Below, piece after piece: positions 1 through 8,959 of a stretch of 64,000 bases of DNA. The stretch is from Bacteroidia bacterium (GTDB lineage Bacteria > Bacteroidota > Bacteroidia > NS11-12g > UBA955). The stretch is from contig CBFHXF010000002.1 of the NCBI GenBank assembly GCA_965659745.1, positions 2,676-66,675 of the forward strand. Reading direction: 5' to 3'. The notes beneath the pieces were generated by a model that was not told the origin of the DNA, searched no databases, and saw nothing but the letters and a program-made list of their open reading frames with translations. The translations under genes and the position numbers were made by a program. Each line of letters starts with the position of its first letter. The first letter of the stretch is position 1.

Positions 1-1220
1 TCTCCATTTTGATATCCCATATCGCCTGGGCCAATGACCAAAAACGACATATTCGGACAGCTATTGCGGTATTTTCTGAAAAGGCTTCTAAAAATATCTT
101 TTACCCATTTCTCACTTTTTAAATCAAGTTTCAAATAAGGCACCATATTGTTGCCGTAGTGGAAAATCACCAATCCCGTTCTCTGTGCTACCGATACCGA
201 CTGTAAAATTTCATTGGAAATGGCTTTGAGTCCGTCTCCCGAATGCCCGCGAATGCCGAAATTATCAACATAAACACCCGTTGTGTTTCCATCAAAATTC
301 AATCCGTAAATTTTCATTTTACGACCTCTACAACGGATTTGTATATTGCCATAAAGTGCAGAATCTCCAATACTATAGGCATTGATTTTCTTTTGCGAAA
401 GCACTCTTTTCACAGGAATCCATGCGCTGTCTTTTTTAGTTTTCCATTCCACTTGAAAGAGCGTATCTGCATTGCATTGCAGACTCAGTTGCTTGTATTT
501 TAGTGATTTAAGCACTTTTAGTTGGATGGTATTCCATTTTTTGCTGTTTTCATCTGCGGGTAAAAAGACCAATCCCGAAGGACCGAAATCGTTGGTTTTT
601 TTGCGGTGTTGAAAGCAATTGTATTTTTTCCAATCGGGCTGTTTCCCTAATTCCAAATCCATATAAGTAGCCGGATTGGTTATGGGAATGAATCCAATAC
701 CTCTACCACCAAAACGCGATTGCATTTCTTTGCGAACCTCACGGGTAATACGATCGCCTTCTACTTGCGAATCACCGTAATACCAAATACGAACCGACTG
801 TTTCGCCGCATTATTCAGGCGAACAAAAAACGATTCCAATAAATCTGATTTTGGAGAAAAATATAAATATTTTAATCCGGCGCTCAGGCTATCGTAAACA
901 AGTAGGGCAGAATCTGATAAATCGATATTCTCAGGTCGTTTTAAGGCATTCGGACTTTTACTTAGAATCACGTTTACAGGTGGAATTCCGTGTCGATCCT
1001 TTTTAGCTGAGTCTCTATTTAGGATTAATGAATCTTCAGTATTGCCAATGGCGTTAGTGGGTAACGAAGGCTTTGTATTAAAGCCTTCCCAAGTATAAAA
1101 ATAGATTCCCTTACTTTCGAGTATGAGTTTGGTGTTAGGGTTCGAAAATAGATATACACCTAGGCCCAATAAAGAACCGAGTATTATGGTAAATGCTATG
1201 GGTTTGCGATTAGGAAACAC
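1..1220 (-). CDS. membrane-anchored SGNH/GDSL-family hydrolase or acyltransferase (DltD-like topology); C-terminus lies beyond the window edge
   Basis: Absent from the ORF track because it runs off the left edge. My reverse-strand translation is open from about 1220 down to 1. It reads KPIAFTIILGSLLGLGVYLF (N-terminal TM anchor), SVRIWYYGDSQVEGDRIT (SGNH block I), VDNFGIRGHSGDG (block II) and LVIFHYGNNMVP (block III). The start is uncertain (GTG at 1220 or a TTG just upstream) and overlaps the carrier-protein stop. Confidence 0.6.
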   Translation of the reverse strand, partial: MFPNRKPIAFTIILGSLLGLGVYLFSNPNTKLILESKGIYFYTWEGFNTKPSLPTNAIGNTEDSLILNRDSAKKDRHGIPPVNVILSKSPNALKRPENIDLSDSALLVYDSLSAGLKYLYFSPKSDLLESFFVRLNNAAKQSVRIWYYGDSQVEGDRITREVRKEMQSRFGGRGIGFIPITNPATYMDLELGKQPDWKKYNCFQHRKKTNDFGPSGLVFLPADENSKKWNTIQLKVLKSLKYKQLSLQCNADTLFQVEWKTKKDSAWIPVKRVLSQKKINAYSIGDSALYGNIQIRCRGRKMKIYGLNFDGNTTGVYVDNFGIRGHSGDGLKAISNEILQSVSVAQRTGLVIFHYGNNMVPYLKLDLKSEKWVKDIFRSLFRKYRNSCPNMSFLVIGPGDMGYQNG

Positions 1221-1458
1221 CTTTTTTCGCAATAATCAAATCGATCATATCACCCACATTCTTCATGCCAATCAATTCTTTCAATTTGAATTTGATTTGA
1301 AAATGCGATTCTACGTCGGCAATCATACTTAAATGGGTTAGTGAATCCCAGCCCGAAACCTGTTCGGCATTGAGGGTATCGGTAATTTCGATTTCAGGAT
1401 TGCGAAATACTTTTGCGAAAATGGGTTGTAATTCTTGAGTTATTTGTACTTTATCCAT
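1210..1458 (-). CDS. small acyl/aminoacyl carrier protein (DltC/ACP-like)
   Basis: 82 aa with a phosphopantetheine-attachment-type motif GWDSLTHLSMI. Size and position match a carrier protein. It overlaps the upstream GNAT gene by 8 nt. Confidence 0.75.
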   Translation of the reverse strand: MDKVQITQELQPIFAKVFRNPEIEITDTLNAEQVSGWDSLTHLSMIADVESHFQIKFKLKELIGMKNVGDMIDLIIAKKGVS

Positions 1459-2086
1459 GTTTTTTTATTAATTGTAATTTGCAATTGCCGCTCAACAAAG
1501 ATAAACGTTCCAATGCCTCGTTACATTGCCTTTCGTTCACAGAAAATCCAATGTATTCATATAGCGACACCGCATTTTTATTGATTTCTAATACCTGAAT
1601 TTCGGCGGGGAAATCTTTATACAATTCTAAGGCGTAATGAATTAGGGCTTTCATATGCCCTTTGCCACGGTGTAAAGGGTGAGTATATAAATGTTCTAAC
1701 TGCACGTATTGCGGTATTCGAGGAATGCTCACCGACGATAAAACCTGTAGTTTCTCTGTGGCTACTTCCCATTCTTTCTTAAGGAAAAAATTCAAAATTT
1801 GGGCTTTCAACATGTCTGATGAAACACCCCCAACTCCCTCTACCCATGCAGAAAGTCCGGCTACCGCATCGCCTTCCTTCGATTCTACCACGTACCAATG
1901 GTCTAAGCACCAAGGCTGATCAGCGATCTCTTCGTCGAATATGCCTTTTATTATTTGCGAAAATTGCAAAACGGATATCCCAAAAGCCTCCGAATACGGG
2001 AAAATATCGCCTCCCGATTTTTCGCTTTCGATGATACAATCAATAATAAAATCTAAATCTTTCGTTTCGGCTTGGCGTATAATCAT
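1451..2086 (-). CDS. GNAT-family N-acetyltransferase
   Basis: 211 aa with a GNAT motif-A-like segment LYTHPLHRGKGHMKALIHYALE, followed by NKNAVSLYEYIGF. Confidence 0.7.
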   Translation of the reverse strand: MIIRQAETKDLDFIIDCIIESEKSGGDIFPYSEAFGISVLQFSQIIKGIFDEEIADQPWCLDHWYVVESKEGDAVAGLSAWVEGVGGVSSDMLKAQILNFFLKKEWEVATEKLQVLSSVSIPRIPQYVQLEHLYTHPLHRGKGHMKALIHYALELYKDFPAEIQVLEINKNAVSLYEYIGFSVNERQCNEALERLSLLSGNCKLQLIKKHG

Positions 2087-2123
2087 CAGGGATAATGGAT
2101 TTGTTTTTTATTATACGGTTTAA

Positions 2124-3551
2124 TTACTGGGTATCGATTATTAATCTTAAGGCCTTCTTGTCTACTTTTCCATTTGAATTCAGGGGAAATGGGTGAACGG
2201 CGTGAACCGCTTTGATATGCATGTAATCGGGAAGGTGTTCGTTAACTTTTAATAGGTCAATGGATGTTGATTCTATATCAAATACCAGATGCAGTTCCCA
2301 ACCATTAGCCGTTTCTATAGCCAAACAACGGTTTTGTATTTCGGGAAGTATTTTGGAACCTGCAAATTCAATTTCCGATAACTCTACCCGGTATCCTTGG
2401 ATTTTTATTTGGTCGTCGCTGCGGCCATGACAGAAATAATTTTCCCCATCGATACTTCCTATATCTCCGCTTTTGTAAAACCAAATGCCGTCTTTTTCAA
2501 AGAATTTAGAACGCTGCTCTTCATTGGCGTGCAAATACCCCTTCGTAGTTTGAGCGCCACCTAAACACAATTCCTTGGCCTCGTCTAACATAAGAGAAAC
2601 GGTTTTCATTGGCTTCCCAATACAAACGATGCCGTTGTTGTGCAAACACTCATTGATGTTTGAGGGAACGGTGTATCGGGTGCAATAAATAGTGGCTTCG
2701 GTTGGACCGTAAACGTTATCGATTTGGGTCTGCGGACAGGCTTTTGCCCATATAGCAACTTGAGAAAGTTTCAGGGCCTCACCGCAAAATTGGCTCACTT
2801 TTAAGTGTGGCAATTCCAATTCATCGGCATAGGGAGCCAACATTTCAACCGCCGAGGGCACCATAAGTGCGAAGCTGATTTCTTGACTTTCGAGGGTGTC
2901 GTAAAGAGCCAGAGGTTTTACCAACTGCTGACTTGGAACATAAAATGAGGCACCCAAGAGGGTGGGTATGCCAAAGCTCATTACGGATAAATCGAAAGTA
3001 AGTTCGAACATCTGCAAGAACTTATCTTGGCTATCTAAGATGTATCCCAATTCAAAAAAGCCATCGAAGAAGGCTTGTAAATTGCCAAAAGTAATGGGAA
3101 CCCCTTTGGGTTTGCCGGTGGTTCCAGATGTGAATAAGATATAGGCGATATCGGTGTTTTCCGGCGCGAAAAATTTCCACCGAAAAGAAACAGGCACTTG
3201 TTTTTGAATGCAGGCTATGGTGTTTATCGATGGAAGACCTACATTTTTGGAATCGAGCACCCATTTGAGTTCACTCGCATCGATAATATCTTGCAAACGT
3301 TGGGTAGGGTATTCGGGATTGAGGGGTACATAGGCTTTGCCGCTTAACCAGCATGCGATTAAGGCCGCATAAGTTTCGAAATCATTATGTAAAACAACCC
3401 CAATAGGTCCCTGACTCTGAGATATCGGAAATTGGAATTCTTGAATGTAATCGGAAAGATTTTGGTAGGTATAGGCCTCATTTTCAATAACACACCAAGT
3501 TTTCTCGAGATGTTCTTGAATTCGATGGGCTATGAACTCGGGGAACTGCAT
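2124..3551 (-). CDS. stand-alone adenylation enzyme, DltA-like amino acid--carrier protein ligase
   Basis: 475 aa with adenylate-forming core motifs LFTSGTTGKPKGV, FDLSV, NVYGPTEAT, YKSGDIG, GRSDDQIKIQGYRVELSEIE and NSNGKVDKKAL. No condensation, thiolation or thioesterase domain is attached. The start lies 3 nt after the gatB stop. Confidence 0.8.
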   Translation of the reverse strand: MQFPEFIAHRIQEHLEKTWCVIENEAYTYQNLSDYIQEFQFPISQSQGPIGVVLHNDFETYAALIACWLSGKAYVPLNPEYPTQRLQDIIDASELKWVLDSKNVGLPSINTIACIQKQVPVSFRWKFFAPENTDIAYILFTSGTTGKPKGVPITFGNLQAFFDGFFELGYILDSQDKFLQMFELTFDLSVMSFGIPTLLGASFYVPSQQLVKPLALYDTLESQEISFALMVPSAVEMLAPYADELELPHLKVSQFCGEALKLSQVAIWAKACPQTQIDNVYGPTEATIYCTRYTVPSNINECLHNNGIVCIGKPMKTVSLMLDEAKELCLGGAQTTKGYLHANEEQRSKFFEKDGIWFYKSGDIGSIDGENYFCHGRSDDQIKIQGYRVELSEIEFAGSKILPEIQNRCLAIETANGWELHLVFDIESTSIDLLKVNEHLPDYMHIKAVHAVHPFPLNSNGKVDKKALRLIIDTQ

Positions 3552-3554
3552 CTT

Positions 3555-4997
3555 TTAATCGTTGAGCATTTTATTCACCCATTGGTTGGTTGTTTTCGGA
3601 TCGGCTTTTCCTTTGGAACGTTTCATGACTTCGCCAACAAACATGCCCAAAAGGCCTTTTTTACCCCCTTTGAATTCAGCAACTTTTTCCGGGAATTCGC
3701 TCAACACTTGTTTTACCAATTCTTCAATGAATCCGGTATCGCTGCTGGTGGCTAAATTCAGTTTATCTACGATTTCTTGAGCGCTCGATTCGGGCGACTC
3801 AATAAGGGCAGGGAATAGTTTTTGACTCGCGATGCTGTGATTGATGCTTCCGCCTTGGATCAATTGGATGATTTCGGCAATTTGAGTCGCCGCTAAGGGG
3901 AAATCTTGCAAGTTCAAGGCCCGTTCGTTCAAAAATCCGCGAATGGTAACCGTTACCCAATTGGAAGCGGTTTTGTGGGGAGCCCCTAAACGCACCAATT
4001 CTTCAAAATAAAAGGCCGACTCTTTATCATCGATTAAAACTGAGGCATCATAATCGTTCAAACCATATTCTTCGGTAAAACGTTTGTATAGCGACTCTGG
4101 TAGTTCGGGCATGTGCTCGCGCACGCGTTGAATATCGGCGTCGGTGATTAGGGTAGGAGGCAAGTCGGGTTCTGGAAAGTAACGATAATCGTTGATGGCT
4201 TCTTTTTTCCTCATGGAAAAGGTAGAACCATTGAGTCCGTTAAAGCCTCTAGTTTCTCCCTGAACCGTTCCACCGGCTTCTATTAAGGCAATTTGTCGTT
4301 GTATTTCAAAATCGATGGCACGTTTCACATTAGAAATGGAATTCATGTTTTTGACTTCCACTTTGGTGCCAAAGGTTTTGGATCCAACAGGCATCACAGA
4401 AATATTGGCATCGCAACGCAAGCTTCCTTCTTCCATATTACCGTCGCATATTTCGAGGTAACGCACCAATCGGCGGATTTCAGATACAAACGCATAGGCT
4501 TCGTCGCCATTTTTAATATCGGGCTCAGAAACAACTTCGATCAATGGGGTACCTGCACGATTATAATCAACCAAGGTATCGTAAAGGTCTTGGTCGTGCA
4601 TGCTTTTGCCCGTGTCTTCTTCCATGTGAATGCGGGTAAGTCGGATAGATTTTCTAACTCCGTCTTTGGTTTTTATAGGAACGCGACCGCCAACACATAA
4701 GGGAGTATCAAATTGAGTAATCTGATACCCTTTGGGTAAATCGGCATAGTAATAGTTTTTTCGTGAATAGCGGTTGATGCGGGTGATATCGCATTCCAAT
4801 GCCAAGCCCATTTTCATGGCTTTTTCTATAGCTTGGGCATTGTGCATGGGTAAGGTACCCGGATGGCCTAAGCTGATGGGACTTACTTGTGTATTGGGTA
4901 ATGCACCGTATTCGGTTGAATCGGAGGAAAAGGCCTTACTCTTGGTAAGGAGTTGAATATGAATTTCTAATCCAATAACGGCTTCGTAGGCTGACAT
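3555..4997 (-). CDS. gatB: Asp-tRNA(Asn)/Glu-tRNA(Gln) amidotransferase subunit B
   Basis: 480 aa with a GatB-type N-terminus YEAVIGLEIHIQL, the RCDANISV segment, and a C-terminal GatB/YqeY-like tail. Confidence 0.95.
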   Translation of the reverse strand: MSAYEAVIGLEIHIQLLTKSKAFSSDSTEYGALPNTQVSPISLGHPGTLPMHNAQAIEKAMKMGLALECDITRINRYSRKNYYYADLPKGYQITQFDTPLCVGGRVPIKTKDGVRKSIRLTRIHMEEDTGKSMHDQDLYDTLVDYNRAGTPLIEVVSEPDIKNGDEAYAFVSEIRRLVRYLEICDGNMEEGSLRCDANISVMPVGSKTFGTKVEVKNMNSISNVKRAIDFEIQRQIALIEAGGTVQGETRGFNGLNGSTFSMRKKEAINDYRYFPEPDLPPTLITDADIQRVREHMPELPESLYKRFTEEYGLNDYDASVLIDDKESAFYFEELVRLGAPHKTASNWVTVTIRGFLNERALNLQDFPLAATQIAEIIQLIQGGSINHSIASQKLFPALIESPESSAQEIVDKLNLATSSDTGFIEELVKQVLSEFPEKVAEFKGGKKGLLGMFVGEVMKRSKGKADPKTTNQWVNKMLND

Positions 4998-5051
4998 AAT
5001 TGCCCAACAAAGATAACATACGATAATGTGTTTTACTACCTGAAAAAGGTC

Positions 5052-5059
5052 TATTTTTG
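5052..5059 (+). promoter_or_regulatory. Bacteroidota -7 promoter box (TATTTTTG) for rnpB
   Basis: Matches TAnnTTTG and lies immediately upstream of the predicted RNase P RNA 5' end. Confidence 0.5.
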
Positions 5060-5060
5060 C

Positions 5061-5432
5061 AGAAGGCAGTTCGTTCTATCGACTTGCGAAAGCAAGTAGG
5101 AAAGTCCGGGCAACACAGGGCATCGCACTTCCTAACGGGAAGGGGGCCGAAAGGTTCACAGACAGTGTCACAGAAAAGTACCGCCCCGACGGGTTTGGGG
5201 TAAGGGTGAAAAAGTGAGGTAAGAGCTCACTCGTTCCGGTGCGAATCGGGATTGGGATAAACCTTGCGAGTTGAAAGACCGAATAAATCTGGATTAAAGG
5301 GCGGCCCGCTCGATCGCTTGCGAGCCAGAAGGGTAGGTCGATTGAGGTATTTCGTGAGAAATATCCTAGATGAATGATAGAAGCCACGGCAAAAACCGTG
5401 CGTACAGAACCCGGCTTACAGAACTGCCTTTT
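5061..5432 (+). ncRNA. rnpB: RNase P RNA, bacterial type A
   Basis: Universally conserved blocks AGGAAAGTCCGGGC, GGTAAGGGTGAAA, GGTAAGAGC, CTAGATGAATGA and ACAGAACCCGGCTTA are present. The P1 helix pairs aaggcagttc at the 5' end with gaactgcctt at the 3' end. The ends are approximate, within a few nt. Confidence 0.9.
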
Positions 5433-5558
5433 TGTAACTCTTTGATTTAATGAGAACAACCTAATGAGAGTTGGAGTGGTTTGTTTAATTGGTGTATTTA
5501 TTGCAAGATTTCATAAAAATATTTTAGATAACACTTGCATAATACCTATTCAATGTTG

Positions 5559-5566
5559 TACATTTG
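5559..5566 (+). promoter_or_regulatory. -7 promoter box (TACATTTG) for tRNA-Gly
   Basis: Matches TAnnTTTG about 24 nt upstream of the mature tRNA 5' end. Confidence 0.45.
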
Positions 5567-5589
5567 CACCACTCTTCGGAAGAAGCATG

Positions 5590-5662
5590 CGAGAGTAGCT
5601 CAGCTGGTAGAGCACAACCTTGCCAAGGTTGGGGTCGCGAGTTCGAATCTCGTCTCTCGCTC
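5590..5662 (+). tRNA. tRNA-Gly (anticodon GCC)
   Basis: A cloverleaf can be folded by eye. The acceptor stem pairs gcgagag with ctctcgc, the D-loop is agctcagctggtagagc, the anticodon loop is ttGCCaa, and the T-arm is gcgag-ttcgaat-ctcgt. The 3' CCA is not encoded (the sequence continues tca). Confidence 0.9.
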
Positions 5663-5669
5663 AGCATAA

Positions 5670-5699
5670 AAAAGCCCTGAATTTCAGGGCTTTTTTTAT
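5670..5699 (+). terminator. rho-independent terminator after tRNA-Gly
   Basis: The stem pairs agccctg with cagggct around a 5-nt loop, followed by a T7 run. An A-run on the other side could make it bidirectional. Confidence 0.75.
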
Positions 5700-5904
5700 G
5701 GATTCTTTTATAGCTTCTTTTATTAGAATATGGATGTATTTATGGGGTCAAGACGATCAAGGATCCTGATAATTCATTAATTGGGATTGAAACAAGGATA
5801 TTGTTTTTGTTTTTCCAAATCTTGCCCAAATCCGTTAATGACAACTCAAGAAATTGTATTACCTGAAACCCTATTACATTAAATTATAAAGTAATTAACC
5901 CTAT

Positions 5905-5936
5905 AAAAGAAAAGCCCCGTTTCCGGGGCTTTTCAC
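5905..5936 (-). terminator. rho-independent terminator after gldJ
   Basis: Read on the minus strand the sequence is aaaagccccg-gaaa-cggggctttt, followed by cttttat. It lies 18 nt after the gldJ stop. Confidence 0.75.
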
Positions 5937-5953
5937 ATACACATTAAAGAATT

Positions 5954-7642
5954 TTATTTACGACGTTTTGTTTTTGCGTCAATACCGCTAACAGGTAGTT
6001 TGTTGTATTTCTTTTTAGAGTTTCCTACTGGAGAACCTACACGGATCATTGCACAACGGAATCCTAAGTAAGAAGCCGATTGGTCTTGATCCAAGAAACG
6101 ACGTGTTCCTGGAGTTGCTTGATATACGCGATCAGTCCAGTTACCCCCTTTGATTACACGCGCTTTGTCGTTTATCAAAGTAGTTACACCGTATTCGTAC
6201 GTCAAATCTGGTTCTTCCATTCCAGCCTGCATATCCTTATATCCAATATTATCAGATTGACTGTAGTTACGACGTCCACCTTCTTTGATAGAAGTTTTCA
6301 CTACATCTTGGTATTTGATACGGCCTAAATCGTCTTTGTCGCTCAATCCACCAGGCCCGTTAGGGTCCATTACCACTTGTTGGAATTTATTACCACGGAA
6401 AGGCATGAAAGCGTCCATATCTTCCAATGATAACGGACGGTAAACATCCATTACCCATTCAGATACGTTACCTTCCATATTGTACAAGCCGTATGCGTTA
6501 GGCCAGAAAGAATGCACATGAGTAGTAATCATACCACCGTCATTCAAGGGACCACCTGCAATACCGGCATAATCACCTTTACCGCGCATTACGTTCAAAC
6601 GAATCTTACCACGATCGGCTTCTTTACCATCTTTAATACGAATGGTGTAATCAGACCATGTGTAGATTTTGTTTTGGTCAATGTTGTCGAACTGCGTTTC
6701 ACCAATAGCAGCTTTACATGCGTATTCCCATTCTGCTTCTGTAGGCAAACGGTAGTCTGGCAATAAAATACCATCTTCCATTTTTACTTTAAAGCGTTTT
6801 TGATCTTTCTTTTTAGCTTTGGTATAGTTACGCAAAGGCTTAGTTCCCAACATATTTCCAGCACCTCGTTTAGTGTTCACCGCTCCAGAGATATCCACTC
6901 CACTAAAAATTCCGTTATCTTGGCCTGAAAGGTAGGCACGGGTATTGAAATTATTGAAAGGATCACTGTTGATGGTTTGGTTACCTGCATCGAAATTAAT
7001 CAAACGCTCACGATCTAATATCATCTCGTTCACACGGTCGGTACGCCATTTTGCGTATTCGTTGGCTTGGTGCCAGTTAACACCTACAACAGGATAATCT
7101 TGGTACGATGGATGGCGGAAATAGTATTCCACGAAAGGCTCATTATAACCTAATTTGCTTCTCCAGCAATTGGTATCAGGTAGGATTTTGTTATATAATC
7201 CACCTTCAGATGCCGGATCGTTAGGATCGATTTGAACACCTGCAAATTCGTGTGTGCTTTGTAATCCACTATTATTAGGATTGAACACACGTTGATACCA
7301 ATAAACGAAATCACCATATTCGTGGTTACTTACCTCGCATTCGTCCATATAGAATGAATGAACGGTAACAGTTCTTTCCACGTTATCGTGTTCATATTTC
7401 AAATCGGTTTCGGTATTACCCATGGTAAAGGCACCCCCTTCGATTAGGACCAAACCAGGACCTGTTTCTTGTCCTTTGTATTTCAGTTTGGCATAACCTC
7501 CCCATTTGGGATCGTTGTGCATCTGTCCGGTGTTCTTGCTTTTAATTCTAGGACCACGCGGATCGCACGATGTGAAAACCACGCCTAGCAGCGCAGTTGC
7601 CATAAGTACTTTTGTTGTTTTCATTTTGAAATTCTTCAACAT
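5954..7642 (-). CDS. gldJ: gliding motility / T9SS lipoprotein GldJ (FGE-sulfatase/SUMF1-like fold)
   Basis: About 560 aa. The lipoprotein signal MKTTKVLMATALLGVVFTSC means the start could be 7642 or 7624. SUMF1-type C-terminal signatures RVIKGGNWTD and YLGFRCAM are present. Synteny with porU/porV matches Flavobacterium johnsoniae. Confidence 0.85.
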   Translation of the reverse strand: MLKNFKMKTTKVLMATALLGVVFTSCDPRGPRIKSKNTGQMHNDPKWGGYAKLKYKGQETGPGLVLIEGGAFTMGNTETDLKYEHDNVERTVTVHSFYMDECEVSNHEYGDFVYWYQRVFNPNNSGLQSTHEFAGVQIDPNDPASEGGLYNKILPDTNCWRSKLGYNEPFVEYYFRHPSYQDYPVVGVNWHQANEYAKWRTDRVNEMILDRERLINFDAGNQTINSDPFNNFNTRAYLSGQDNGIFSGVDISGAVNTKRGAGNMLGTKPLRNYTKAKKKDQKRFKVKMEDGILLPDYRLPTEAEWEYACKAAIGETQFDNIDQNKIYTWSDYTIRIKDGKEADRGKIRLNVMRGKGDYAGIAGGPLNDGGMITTHVHSFWPNAYGLYNMEGNVSEWVMDVYRPLSLEDMDAFMPFRGNKFQQVVMDPNGPGGLSDKDDLGRIKYQDVVKTSIKEGGRRNYSQSDNIGYKDMQAGMEEPDLTYEYGVTTLINDKARVIKGGNWTDRVYQATPGTRRFLDQDQSASYLGFRCAMIRVGSPVGNSKKKYNKLPVSGIDAKTKRRK

Positions 7643-7678
7643 GTGTATGATATAACGAGCGTATGTGCTTATTTATTG

Positions 7679-7686
7679 CAAACTTA
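7679..7686 (-). promoter_or_regulatory. -7 promoter box (TAAGTTTG) for gldJ
   Basis: Matches TAnnTTTG on the minus strand, 37 nt upstream of the ATG at 7642. Confidence 0.45.
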
Positions 7687-7726
7687 CAGTTAAATTCTGT
7701 TTTTTTAAATTTGAATTGTCTTGTGA

Positions 7727-8734
7727 TTAAAACTCTGGACACTTTAGCGGGCGGAAAGGTTTAGAACCTGGAGGTACACACCAATCGATGGTGGCGCTTA
7801 CTTCATGACTAGAAGGAATGGCACTTCGACCGTCACTTACTGTAAAGTCATAGCTGTAACCAAATTTAAAACGATCTTTTCTAAAACCTACTAATAATAT
7901 CACCGCATCTGAGGTGTTATAGTTACCAAATGTTTGACGGAACCATAAGCCTGTAACTAATGGACCTTTATTTACGTAAAATCCTAAGTTCAACTGGGTA
8001 AAGTTTCTTTGAACCATGAACAATGCGTTAGGCGAGATATTGTCTTCGCTAAAGCGGTTACCTCCGTATTTGATGTTTCCACCCATGTGTGCGGTTATAC
8101 GTGTAGGTAAAATTTCATCGGGATTCTCATAAAAACTCCAATTGGGCTGGGTAATATTGTGAAAGGCAACCCCACCGTAAAACTTGGAATTGTATACAAC
8201 CCACCCGGCATTAAAGTTAGGATAGGTAACTCGTTGAGAGGCTTGTTGTTCTCCAGTAGGATTAACAAATCCTTGAGTGGGAAGGATTTGATCACCGAAA
8301 CGCAAGCGATTCCAATCTAAACTTTTAATGGCTAAAGCTCCTTGTAAACCGAAACGCATTACAGCAGCGTTACGTCCACGACCTAAGGGTAGGTAATAAC
8401 TGTAAACACCACTGATGGTTGTGGATTGTAATAAACCTGAGCCTGCAACATCATGAAAAACCATAGCGCCGATACCGCCACCAATGCTTGGAATATGTTG
8501 GTCCCATGAAAGATTGTAAGAACGAAAAGTTCCAGGAAGACTGGGCCATTGATTTCGGTAATTCATGGAAACACGTCCTGCTGCTCCGGTTTGACATACA
8601 GCAGACCCTGCTAATGCTGGGTTTGTGTATACGGGAGCCGCGTAGAATTGCGTAAGTTCTGGGTCTTGAGCTGCTAAATTGCCGCTCGCCAAAACTAACA
8701 TACCCATCAATGCAATGCGTAGTGATTTCTTCAT
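7727..8734 (-). CDS. PorP/SprF-family type IX secretion outer-membrane protein
   Basis: Signal peptide MKKSLRIALMGMLVLASGNLAAQ, then the family-typical QDPELTQFYAAPVYTNPALAG. The protein is beta-rich and ends in Phe. I trimmed the ORF-track start (8830) to the ATG at 8734. Confidence 0.8.
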   Translation of the reverse strand: MKKSLRIALMGMLVLASGNLAAQDPELTQFYAAPVYTNPALAGSAVCQTGAAGRVSMNYRNQWPSLPGTFRSYNLSWDQHIPSIGGGIGAMVFHDVAGSGLLQSTTISGVYSYYLPLGRGRNAAVMRFGLQGALAIKSLDWNRLRFGDQILPTQGFVNPTGEQQASQRVTYPNFNAGWVVYNSKFYGGVAFHNITQPNWSFYENPDEILPTRITAHMGGNIKYGGNRFSEDNISPNALFMVQRNFTQLNLGFYVNKGPLVTGLWFRQTFGNYNTSDAVILLVGFRKDRFKFGYSYDFTVSDGRSAIPSSHEVSATIDWCVPPGSKPFRPLKCPEF

Positions 8735-8755
8735 AGTGGTTCTATACTTGGGTAA

Positions 8756-8763
8756 CAAATGTA
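8756..8763 (-). promoter_or_regulatory. -7 promoter box (TACATTTG) for the porP/sprF-like gene
   Basis: Matches TAnnTTTG 21 nt upstream of the ATG at 8734. This supports the shorter start. Confidence 0.45.
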
Positions 8764-8959
8764 AAGATAAAACGATTGAAATAAAAAAATATTTTGATTC
8801 GGTTGGGCATTGGACAAGGACTTTCATCAAAACATGACATTCATGAGAAACTAATGATGATAGTTTTTAGTTACGGTTTTGACGTCAATTTTACATCATT
8901 GTGAGACTCACCTAAAATGATTCCATTTAAAAAGCGTTATCTTTACAACACGATTTTTT

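Noticed and set aside
243-503. 86-aa plus-strand ORF at the left end
   Set aside because: It is antisense to a continuous open reading frame of more than 400 codons on the minus strand. That frame carries the SGNH blocks and is missing from the track only because it crosses the window edge.
5076-5459. 127-aa minus-strand ORF in the track
   Set aside because: It lies entirely antisense to the RNase P RNA, whose conserved blocks are unambiguous. The peptide has no recognisable features. It is an artefact of a structured-RNA locus lacking stops.
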